Under the pieces are notes generated by a model that was not told the origin of the DNA, did no database searches, and saw nothing but the letters and a program-made list of their open reading frames with translations. Positions 25,832 through 33,165 of a stretch of 60,937 nt of DNA are shown here, in pieces. A program made the position numbers and the translations under genes. Origin of the DNA: a virus (lineage: Duplodnaviria; Caudoviricetes); IMG/VR virus record IMGVR_UViG_3300035670_000217, positions 1-60,937 of that record. One strand, written 5' to 3'. The stretch's first letter is position 1. Every line of letters begins with the position of its first letter.

Positions 25832-26893
25832 TCAGAGCTTCATGATGTAGGCAAGAGCGTAGTAGGGCGGGCGGTTCTCGTGAGAGTTACCGCTACCGGC
25901 GTTGCCCACGGTCATGGTGTGGGTATGGCCACCATCAGACGAGATACTGTGATTGTGGTCCGCCGCCGCGCTGGTGGTGAAGGTGTGGGTGTGCGCGCCA
26001 GCGGCGGTCACGCTCACGGTGTGGGTGTGGGCGCCGCCGCTGTTGATGCTCAGGGAGTGGGTGTGGGCACCGGCGCTACCTATACCAGATATAGCGTTAT
26101 CGCTGCCTCCATTGGCGTATATGGATGTTGTGGTACTCGTACTAAGACGACGACCGGAACTCCAGGTACTCGTACCAGCCGTGTAGCTGGATAGCCCATG
26201 CGTATGCGCCCCCGCACTGCTCGCAGTCCCCGAATGGGTGTGCGCCCCCGCCGATCCGGTGCTGGCAGTATGACCGTGAGACCCATCGCTCGCAGTGGTG
26301 CCGGTATGGCTGTGACCACCACCATTGCCGGTCGATCCGCCATGGGTATGCGCGCCCGCGCTGGCTGTCGTCGCCGTGTGGTTGTGCGTCGGCATTTGCG
26401 CCGCGGTCAGCGTCACGCTGTCGGCACCACCAGTTGCCCCAACGGCATACGTACTACCCGCGCCCACCACGAAACGATTACGCAGGTCAGGGGTTCCATT
26501 GGCGCCGTTACACAGTGCCCAGCCAGCAGGGATATTGGCGATGGAGCCGGACCACATCACGATCACGCCCTGGAACGTCTCGATCGCATCGGCCTTAAGT
26601 TGGGAGAGCGAGCCCGAGGTAATGCGCAGCTCGACGCGATCGCCGGGCGACCACTCGAGGGCCGTGGTCGCCTCCTGGGCGCGGGCCACGGTCAGCACGT
26701 CGCCGGAGCGCGCGGTGCAGCGCATGATCTCTACCGCGCCACTGGCCTTGATCGCGGTGATCGGGAACCAGTCGCCGCCGGACGGCGAGGGGAAGCGCGC
26801 CCCCTGGCCCGACTGCAGGCTGATCGTGGTCTGTGCCGGCGATACCGAGGAAGCCAGTCGCCCGGTCGCGTTGTTCGCAAAAAGTACGGCCAT
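25832..26893 (-). CDS. tail fibre with collar domain and His-x-His repeats
   Basis: IPAGWALCNG.NGTPDLRNRFVVGAG collar; many AGAHTH repeats; HENRPPYYALAYIMKL end. Confidence 0.88.
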   Translation of the reverse strand: MAVLFANNATGRLASSVSPAQTTISLQSGQGARFPSPSGGDWFPITAIKASGAVEIMRCTARSGDVLTVARAQEATTALEWSPGDRVELRITSGSLSQLKADAIETFQGVIVMWSGSIANIPAGWALCNGANGTPDLRNRFVVGAGSTYAVGATGGADSVTLTAAQMPTHNHTATTASAGAHTHGGSTGNGGGHSHTGTTASDGSHGHTASTGSAGAHTHSGTASSAGAHTHGLSSYTAGTSTWSSGRRLSTSTTTSIYANGGSDNAISGIGSAGAHTHSLSINSGGAHTHTVSVTAAGAHTHTFTTSAAADHNHSISSDGGHTHTMTVGNAGSGNSHENRPPYYALAYIMKL

Positions 26894-26903
26894 GGTGGAC
26901 CCC

Positions 26904-27197
26904 TCAACAGCTCATGACACGGACCCGGAAGCACACGGTCTTGATGCGCCCCTGGTCGGTGGTGATGGTGGTTTCGACGGTGTAGGAGGCGCCGGCGGTT
27001 CCGCCGTTGAGCCACACCTTGACCGCCTTCTGGTCGTTGAACACGCCGACCGACTCAACCTGGAGGGCTTCGTCGGGGCCGCCCACCACGGACGCCTCTG
27101 CCTCGATCAGAGTGTCCTCGTGGGTCAGCCACTCGGCGAAGCTCACGTCGTAGTCTAGGCGATCCTCAGCGCCCTTGCGGACGGTGCCAATTCTCAT
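26904..27197 (-). CDS. fibre-tail adaptor-like virion protein
   Basis: LDYDV.F..WL, VKVWL.GG..G..Y motifs; synteny. Confidence 0.65.
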   Translation of the reverse strand: MRIGTVRKGAEDRLDYDVSFAEWLTHEDTLIEAEASVVGGPDEALQVESVGVFNDQKAVKVWLNGGTAGASYTVETTITTDQGRIKTVCFRVRVMSC

Positions 27198-27865
27198 TCG
27201 CGAACCCTCTCCGGTTGAACCTCGATCTCGCGACTATCGCGATCTGGCTCGAACTCCCGCGACTCGTCGTAAACGCCCAGCGCGGCAAGCCTTTCTGGCG
27301 ACATCATAGCGCGGGATGGCGGCGGCTGCGCGTAGATGCCCGGGATTCTCGGTCTGGCCAGCGGCGAGACGATGCCGCCCGCCCGGATCACGCCGAGCCC
27401 CTCGTTGTACAGGTAGGTCCAGACATAGGGGGACAGGCGCGGCCTTACGCGCAGCTTGGCGATGCCGCCGGAGTCGACCCCGCCCGAGACGGTCACATCG
27501 CCGATCACGTCGATGCGGACCTCGGCCACTCCCTCGCTGGACGGGTTGAGGGTCAGCTCGCCCGGCAGCGCCAGACGGATCTCGGCCACGCCGTCACTCG
27601 ATGGGCTGATGGTCGGCGACGCCTGGCCAGACAGGCGAGCCCCGGCCACTCCCTCGCTGGACGGGTTGGCGGTGCCATCGCCCTCGGCGGTGATAATGAT
27701 CCCGGCAATCGCGGTGCTGGCGAAGATGTTGCCGCGAACCTGGGGATTGCCCTGCGCGTCGACACGAATCGTGGCGATCGTCTCTGGCAGGTAGACGGGT
27801 TCGGCTGGCGTCTCGTTGATCGCCAGCTCGTTGATCGGCGCGCCGTTGAGCGTGCCCTCGAACAT
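27194..27865 (-). CDS. virion structural protein with 20-aa repeats
   Basis: (N/S)PSS(E/D)GVA repeated three times at 60-bp spacing. Confidence 0.65.
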   Translation of the reverse strand: MFEGTLNGAPINELAINETPAEPVYLPETIATIRVDAQGNPQVRGNIFASTAIAGIIITAEGDGTANPSSEGVAGARLSGQASPTISPSSDGVAEIRLALPGELTLNPSSEGVAEVRIDVIGDVTVSGGVDSGGIAKLRVRPRLSPYVWTYLYNEGLGVIRAGGIVSPLARPRIPGIYAQPPPSRAMMSPERLAALGVYDESREFEPDRDSREIEVQPERVRE

Positions 27866-27869
27866 CCCC

Positions 27870-28289
27870 TTACTCCACCTTCACGCCGAGCTTGTCGGTG
27901 TCCGCCACGAATACCTGGCTGGGACCGATCGCGCGCGGCGTGGTGAGTTGGCCCGAGGTCAGGAAGGTGCCGGCAGCGCTGGCATCCCAGATACCGAAGT
28001 GGGTGATAGTCACATCACTGGCGCCATCGAACACCGGGAAGATCATCTGCTTCTGGTTCCAGGTGATGCCCTCGACATCCGGCGCCGACCAGGCGTTGGC
28101 CATGGTGTCGCCCTCGAGGGAGTCGCGACGCACGTAGCTGGGCCAGGCGGCCAGGGTCACCTCGTTGGCGCCGGTCTGCCCCGGGTCGGCGGTGTGCAGC
28201 GAGATCCACAGCTCGGCAGGGGCCGCGAACGGCTGGCCGCGCATCAGCGCGTTGATGATGTTCTCGACGGTATGGCGTGATGCGCTCAT
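27870..28289 (-). CDS. virion structural / tail-associated protein
   Basis: SLHTADPG..GANEV, ITHFGIWDA..AGTFL motifs. Confidence 0.7.
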   Translation of the reverse strand: MSASRHTVENIINALMRGQPFAAPAELWISLHTADPGQTGANEVTLAAWPSYVRRDSLEGDTMANAWSAPDVEGITWNQKQMIFPVFDGASDVTITHFGIWDASAAGTFLTSGQLTTPRAIGPSQVFVADTDKLGVKVE

Positions 28290-28300
28290 GGGCTACGTCC

Positions 28301-28912
28301 TCAGAAGAAATGGGGCTTGGTGCGCACCGGGGCGCCCTGCTGTCCCTTCATGTTGCTGTTGAACAGCTCGTCCAGGCGGCGCTGGAAGCGTGCCAGGTGG
28401 AACTCGGCGAGCCCCGGGTTGGCCCACTGCCCGGGAGTGGCGAACAGCTCGCCCAGCGCCCCGTCGGCGATCTCGCGCACATAGTGGGTCACCAGGAAGT
28501 CCGGCACCACCACGGCCTTGTCGGACGGCTGCAGCACCAGGCTGAGAGTCAGCAGGCCATCTCCGCCCGGAACCACCTTGACGGTATCGGGCGAGAGCTG
28601 GGTGATCCAGCGCCCCTCCGAGGCGTCCATGTCTCGCCAGCGCGGCACCTGCTCGTCGAGCCAGGCCAGCGACACCGGGCGGAGCTGGTTGCCATTGAAG
28701 CGCGCGCTCTCGATCTCGAAGATCGCCGCCGGGCCGATCGCCACCATGGGCTCGCACTCACCGGAGACGCGGAACTCGTCCTCGTCGCGCCACATCCGGG
28801 TGCGCTGGCAGAACTCGATGGCGGCCTGGCGGATGGCGTCATGGACCATTGGGCGGGGCACGCCCGGCACGCGCGGCAGGATGCGCGCCAGGAACTCGTC
28901 CATCGACTTCAT
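28301..28912 (-). CDS. head-tail adaptor protein
   Basis: AIRQAAIEFCQRTRMWR motif; synteny. Confidence 0.7.
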   Translation of the reverse strand: MKSMDEFLARILPRVPGVPRPMVHDAIRQAAIEFCQRTRMWRDEDEFRVSGECEPMVAIGPAAIFEIESARFNGNQLRPVSLAWLDEQVPRWRDMDASEGRWITQLSPDTVKVVPGGDGLLTLSLVLQPSDKAVVVPDFLVTHYVREIADGALGELFATPGQWANPGLAEFHLARFQRRLDELFNSNMKGQQGAPVRTKPHFF

Positions 28913-29532
28913 GCGTCACCTCCGGCGTTGGGCGAGACGGCCATGGAAGACTGGTTCTGCACGCCCAGCTCGTTCTCGAAGGCCTGGAAGAACACCATGC
29001 CGGCCTGGCCGTTGGCGAACTCGGAATCCTTGAGGAAGGCGCGATGGCAGACGAAGTTGACCACTGCGTTGATGTACTCGCGACCCAGCGCCAGCTCGTC
29101 GCCCTGGGCTACCTTGGGCGGCACGCGGGCCACCAGGGCCTCCACCTGAACTCCCTCGGCAGCCGGCGGGTAGACGTAGAAGGTCGTCCGCTTGCGGTCG
29201 TCGAAGGTGTAGTGGATCAGGCGGGTCACCGGCGGCATGTCGTACCAGCCCGGGGCCGAGGTCTCGAGCTGGTAGCGATCTGTCCGCTGGATGGCAGGGC
29301 CACCGGCGTTGCGCACCACGTCCATGACCTCGACGGCATCCGGGATGCGCTGCACCGCGCCGGCCGCCAGGGTCACGTCCTCGACGTGGGCTCCCGCCAT
29401 GGGCCGACGCACCACGATCGCGGCAGCGGCGTCGTTGATCCAGTCCACCAGCTCGCCGATCTCCCAGCGAACGTGGTCCTCGTCAAGCAACAGCTCGCCG
29501 CAACGGCGCAGGATGTCGGCCACGGGAATCAT
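28909..29532 (-). CDS. head-tail adaptor protein
   Basis: RW...ELVDWINDA, FYVYPP, RAFLKDSE motifs. Confidence 0.7.
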   Translation of the reverse strand: MIPVADILRRCGELLLDEDHVRWEIGELVDWINDAAAAIVVRRPMAGAHVEDVTLAAGAVQRIPDAVEVMDVVRNAGGPAIQRTDRYQLETSAPGWYDMPPVTRLIHYTFDDRKRTTFYVYPPAAEGVQVEALVARVPPKVAQGDELALGREYINAVVNFVCHRAFLKDSEFANGQAGMVFFQAFENELGVQNQSSMAVSPNAGGDA

Positions 29533-29885
29533 GCTTCACCAGCCTCCAGACGGTCCTGGATGGTCTCGGCCTTCATGCGCGGGTGAGGGGTCTTGCCGAA
29601 GGTCTCGGTGTACGCCTCGCGCAGGGCCTCCAGGTCGAGATCCTCGGCGGGGGCAAGGGCTTCCCCTTCGCCATCGACTACCGGCTCCTGGGCGGGCTCC
29701 TTGGCGGGCTCGGGCGCATCCTCGACCGCGGCGTAGGCGCCGATCGACAGCAGGCGCTCGATATGGGCGTCATTGGTGACCTCGGCGACGTGCAGGCCAT
29801 CACCGCGATCCTGGAAGTGGTAGCGCTCGCTCCCGAGGGTCACAAGGCTGCCACCGGGGCGCTTGATCTTGCAGCGAATCAGCAT
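29529..29885 (-). CDS. hypothetical virion-associated protein
   Basis: GAGGA RBS; LREAY.E.FGKTPH..MK C-terminal motif. Confidence 0.65.
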   Translation of the reverse strand: MLIRCKIKRPGGSLVTLGSERYHFQDRGDGLHVAEVTNDAHIERLLSIGAYAAVEDAPEPAKEPAQEPVVDGEGEALAPAEDLDLEALREAYTETFGKTPHPRMKAETIQDRLEAGEA

Positions 29886-29906
29886 GAGGGGTTCCTCTCT
29901 TGGAAG

Positions 29907-29930
29907 TAGGGCGGCCCGAGAGCCGCCCTA
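29907..29930 (-). terminator. GC-rich hairpin after the minor capsid gene
   Basis: TAGGGCGGC-CCGAGA-GCCGCCCTA inverted repeat; weak U-tract. Confidence 0.5.
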
Positions 29931-29952
29931 GTCGTTGCCGTTACCGATGGGC

Positions 29953-30381
29953 TCAGTGAACGCCAGCCGCGGCGTACTGCAGCAGCAGGACCACGGTGCC
30001 GGCGCCCGCCCCGGAGAGGGTCAGGCCGATAGCCACATCGGTCTCGCCGGCCTCCAGCAGGAACGCCTCGGGCGCCACGAGGCGGGACACTCCGGCCGCG
30101 GCGCCGCCGAACATCTCGGTGCCAACGGTGGAAACCTCGGTGACCTCACCGGGGGCGGCGTCGATCAGGCCGACATTGGCGGTGACGGCAGCCAGATCGG
30201 GAGCGATCAGGGTGGCGTCAACGACGCGGCAGTAGGCGGGCAGGATGCCCAGCTCCACCACGTCGCCGCCAGTCACCAGGCCGGCGTCGATGGTGTAGCG
30301 CACCGCGACGACGTTGCCGGCCTCGGCGGCATAGGGCGCCTGCAGGCGGCCTTTTGCATGCTCAGATTGGATCAGTGCCAT
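29953..30381 (-). CDS. minor capsid / decoration protein
   Basis: Follows the major capsid gene; beta-rich 142 aa. Confidence 0.65.
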   Translation of the reverse strand: MALIQSEHAKGRLQAPYAAEAGNVVAVRYTIDAGLVTGGDVVELGILPAYCRVVDATLIAPDLAAVTANVGLIDAAPGEVTEVSTVGTEMFGGAAAGVSRLVAPEAFLLEAGETDVAIGLTLSGAGAGTVVLLLQYAAAGVH

Positions 30382-30412
30382 TGGTCATTCTCCTCAGCGT
30401 GGAAGTCGATCA

Positions 30413-30433
30413 AGGGGCCGGCTAGCGGCCCCT
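30413..30433 (-). terminator. hairpin downstream of the major capsid gene
   Basis: AGGGGCC-GGCTAGC-GGCCCCT inverted repeat. Confidence 0.5.
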
Positions 30434-30443
30434 GCCGGCGTTA

Positions 30444-31550
30444 CTAGGCGATCGCGTTCGGATCGGCAGCCGCAGTGTCGAGCGACAGCACGCCGAAGTC
30501 CTGGTTGTTGAAGCGGGTCTTCTTGAAGCCGAAGATAGACCCGGCGGCCACGGTGGGCTCGTTGTCGTAGTCCTTCATCTTCTCCTTCCAGGACCAGCGC
30601 ATGCCGCCGCTGGTGCCGTAGGCCACAACACCAGCCTGGCGACCCATGAACAGCGCGCGGCCCGCATGGACATCACCGCCGGCGCCATAGTCGTTGAAGC
30701 GGATGGCGTTGCGGTGCTTGTGCAGGACCACGTTGTTGATCATGCCCAGACCACCCTTGAAGATCGGGTTGTTGCGACCTTCAGCCGCAGCCGCCGCCTT
30801 CTGGATGTCGAGCCAGCCCTGGCCGCCCTCGGACATGCGGAGGTCGTGGGCCTGGAACGGGGACATGACGGTGACGTAGTGATCCTCGCCGTCGATGGAC
30901 ACCGGCACCATGTTGGCAGACTCGGGATCTTGCGCCTGCAGCATGGTCGCCTTGACCTCGGCGCGCTCGATCAGCTCGCGCGACATCTTGTCGGCACTGG
31001 TCAGGGTGTCCTTGCTGGTGGCGCTGCCGCCATACAGCAGGTGACCGGCATCCGGGGCCTGCAGCGGGTTGCCGGCACGGCCAGCCCACGAGAGCGGGAA
31101 GTTGAAGTCCGGGTTGATGCCGCGGGCGCCAGACAGGTAGATGAACATCATCTCGTCCATGAACATGGACCAGTAATCGGACAGGCGATTCTTGGCAGTC
31201 TGGCGGAGGTTGATGCTGGTGCGCTTGCGGGTCATCTGGCCGCCGGCGGATACCGCGTGGCGGGTCTGGTCGATCATCACCTCGTCGGTGAAGAAGCGCA
31301 GTTGCTCCTCTTTGCCCTCGAGGCGAGCGTCGCCCTCGGTGGCCTGGCCGCGGAGCTGCACGGAGAGGTCGAAGGAGATGCGGTCACCAGGGGAAGTCTC
31401 CAGCTCGGTCTTGCGCTGGATCACGGCGTTGTCGCCATCGCCGATGAACTTCTTCTCGAAGTAGGACTTCTTCGCCTGGTCTACGGCCAGAGCCGCCGAC
31501 CACTTCTTCTGAGTCTTGGGATCGTTTTTCCCGAAAATAGTCTGTGCCAT
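30444..31550 (-). CDS. major capsid protein (N4-gp56 / DUF4043 type)
   Basis: 368 aa; GDRISFDLSVQL, LEGKEE.L.F, IDQTRHAV, NPIFKG.LG motifs; follows the scaffold. Confidence 0.9.
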   Translation of the reverse strand: MAQTIFGKNDPKTQKKWSAALAVDQAKKSYFEKKFIGDGDNAVIQRKTELETSPGDRISFDLSVQLRGQATEGDARLEGKEEQLRFFTDEVMIDQTRHAVSAGGQMTRKRTSINLRQTAKNRLSDYWSMFMDEMMFIYLSGARGINPDFNFPLSWAGRAGNPLQAPDAGHLLYGGSATSKDTLTSADKMSRELIERAEVKATMLQAQDPESANMVPVSIDGEDHYVTVMSPFQAHDLRMSEGGQGWLDIQKAAAAAEGRNNPIFKGGLGMINNVVLHKHRNAIRFNDYGAGGDVHAGRALFMGRQAGVVAYGTSGGMRWSWKEKMKDYDNEPTVAAGSIFGFKKTRFNNQDFGVLSLDTAAADPNAIA

Positions 31551-31615
31551 AGGAGTGGCCTCGCTGAATGTGAGTGTTCACGATTCGCTCGGCACTCCTG
31601 CGCCTTGCTGCGTGC

Positions 31616-31644
31616 ATTATCGAACAGTAATAGGCATTGCACAA
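31616..31644 (-). promoter_or_regulatory. sigma70-like promoter for the capsid gene
   Basis: TTGTGC-17 nt-GATAAT. Confidence 0.6.
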
Positions 31645-31657
31645 CCTCGCGGGCGGG

Positions 31658-31861
31658 TCAATACCGACGATCCACCCCGCCCAGTCCGGCCATAGCCGCG
31701 ATCTTGGCCGGGGCGCCATCCACCTTGCGGATGGGGATGCTCTTGTCGGCCTCAAACGACAAGCGAGCGATCTGGCCCGACTTCTCCTCCAGGGTCAGCA
31801 CGACACCATCGCCGATGGTAACGGACTCCCCCGGCCTGACCTCGAGCTTCAACACGCTCAT
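31658..31861 (-). CDS. CsrA/RsmA-like RNA-binding protein
   Basis: 67 aa; L.V.RPGESVTIGDGVVLT...SGQIARLSFEADKSIPIR resembles the CsrA fold signature. Confidence 0.7.
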   Translation of the reverse strand: MSVLKLEVRPGESVTIGDGVVLTLEEKSGQIARLSFEADKSIPIRKVDGAPAKIAAMAGLGGVDRRY

Positions 31862-31883
31862 GGAGCATCCCCCTCCTGGTGGG

Positions 31884-32861
31884 TTACTGGCTCAGGTATT
31901 CCTCGACGAGCCGCGGATTGGTGGCGGAAAGGCGCGCCAGCTCGGCCTCCAGCTCCAGGCCATCCAACTTGTCGAGCTTGGCGAAACGCCCACCCTCGTC
32001 TGCCGCCGTCATGTCGCTGGCCGGCACGTTGGCCAGGGTCGGCGGCACGTTGCGGCGCTCGGCCTTCTTGGCCTTCTTGGCGGGCTCCTGCTTGGGCTCC
32101 TCGATCGCCTCCTTCTTGCCCATAGGGATGTCGGCGGCGATGTTCTCGTGGGCCTTGGCCAGGATCTCGGCGCCGGTCATGCGCTGCGCCTCCTCGGTCT
32201 GGGCCAGGGTCTTTACCTCGATGTCCAGGAGGCGATACATCCGTTCGGACTGGCGGTAGTCCGGGTGGTCATCCAGGAAGCCGTTGACGGTATCGATCCA
32301 CTCCTGCTTGGCGCGGTTCTCCTCCATCTCACGGGCCAGGTTGGCCTTGAACACCTGCTGCTCCAGCTCCTGCTTGCTGGCCTGGGTCTCCTTGACGGCC
32401 TGACGGTACTCCTGGGTGGTCAGCTCGCCGTCGTCGAACTCGCTGTCGAGCTGGGTCAGCTTCTCGTCGAACTCGCGCAGCTTGTCCTCGTAGCCCTCCG
32501 GGAGGTCGGCGTTCAGCAGCGGGGCAGGCTGTTGGGGCTTCGCGGCAGGCGCCGGCGCGGGCTCCTCCTCGGGCTCCTCCTGGGCAGGCTCGTCCTCCGG
32601 CTTGTCGTCACCGGCCTTGGCGTCGTCCTCTCCAGCATCATCGCCCTCGGCAGGATCGCCCTCGCCATCGTCGTCATCAGCGCCAGCATCGCCGTCATCG
32701 GGCTCCTCCTCGTCTTCCTCCTCGTCTTCGTCATCGTCCCAAGGGTCGACGGGCTCCTCCTCGTTCTCGGCGTCGTACTCCGGGCCGAGTTCTTCCAGGG
32801 CGCGGCGCTCGTCCTCGGTCAGTAGGGCGAGTTCTTCCTCGGTCAATATGCTTCCAGCCAT
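31884..32861 (-). CDS. capsid scaffolding protein
   Basis: Very acidic N-terminus plus coiled coil; between portal and capsid. Confidence 0.75.
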   Translation of the reverse strand: MAGSILTEEELALLTEDERRALEELGPEYDAENEEEPVDPWDDDEDEEEDEEEPDDGDAGADDDDGEGDPAEGDDAGEDDAKAGDDKPEDEPAQEEPEEEPAPAPAAKPQQPAPLLNADLPEGYEDKLREFDEKLTQLDSEFDDGELTTQEYRQAVKETQASKQELEQQVFKANLAREMEENRAKQEWIDTVNGFLDDHPDYRQSERMYRLLDIEVKTLAQTEEAQRMTGAEILAKAHENIAADIPMGKKEAIEEPKQEPAKKAKKAERRNVPPTLANVPASDMTAADEGGRFAKLDKLDGLELEAELARLSATNPRLVEEYLSQ

Positions 32862-32863
32862 GA

Positions 32864-33151
32864 TCATTCCTCCGGGATTGTGACGGGTTGCGGCTGGGCC
32901 ACGGCGCGCACCAGGGCCATGAAGCCGCGTTCGATATCGGTCTTGGCCATGGCGTGCCAGCGCGGCGCCTCGGCGAAGTCCTGGCGGTCGCGCTCCTCAC
33001 GGCCACGGTTGCGGGCGACCTCCAGCTCGATCTTGACGCTGCCGACCAGGCTGAGGATCTCGGCCTCGGCGGCCTTGATGCGACGGATCAGGTCGATCTC
33101 GTCCTGGGTGAGATCCCGGTAGCCCGGGATCTTGCGGTGTTGGTTCTCCAT
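32864..33151 (-). CDS. acb2: Acb2-family anti-CBASS cyclic-oligonucleotide sponge
   Basis: MENQHRKIPGYRDLTQDEID...AEAPRWHAMAKTDIERGFMALVRAVAQP matches recalled Acb2 motifs (NQH..I.GYR.L...EI; RW....KT....G.M...RA.AQP). Confidence 0.85.
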   Translation of the reverse strand: MENQHRKIPGYRDLTQDEIDLIRRIKAAEAEILSLVGSVKIELEVARNRGREERDRQDFAEAPRWHAMAKTDIERGFMALVRAVAQPQPVTIPEE

Positions 33152-33165
33152 CCTGCCTCCTCTCG

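Noticed and set aside
25832-26893. DGR or invertible tail-fibre system
   Set aside because: No reverse transcriptase, template repeat, invertase or second fibre cassette was seen.
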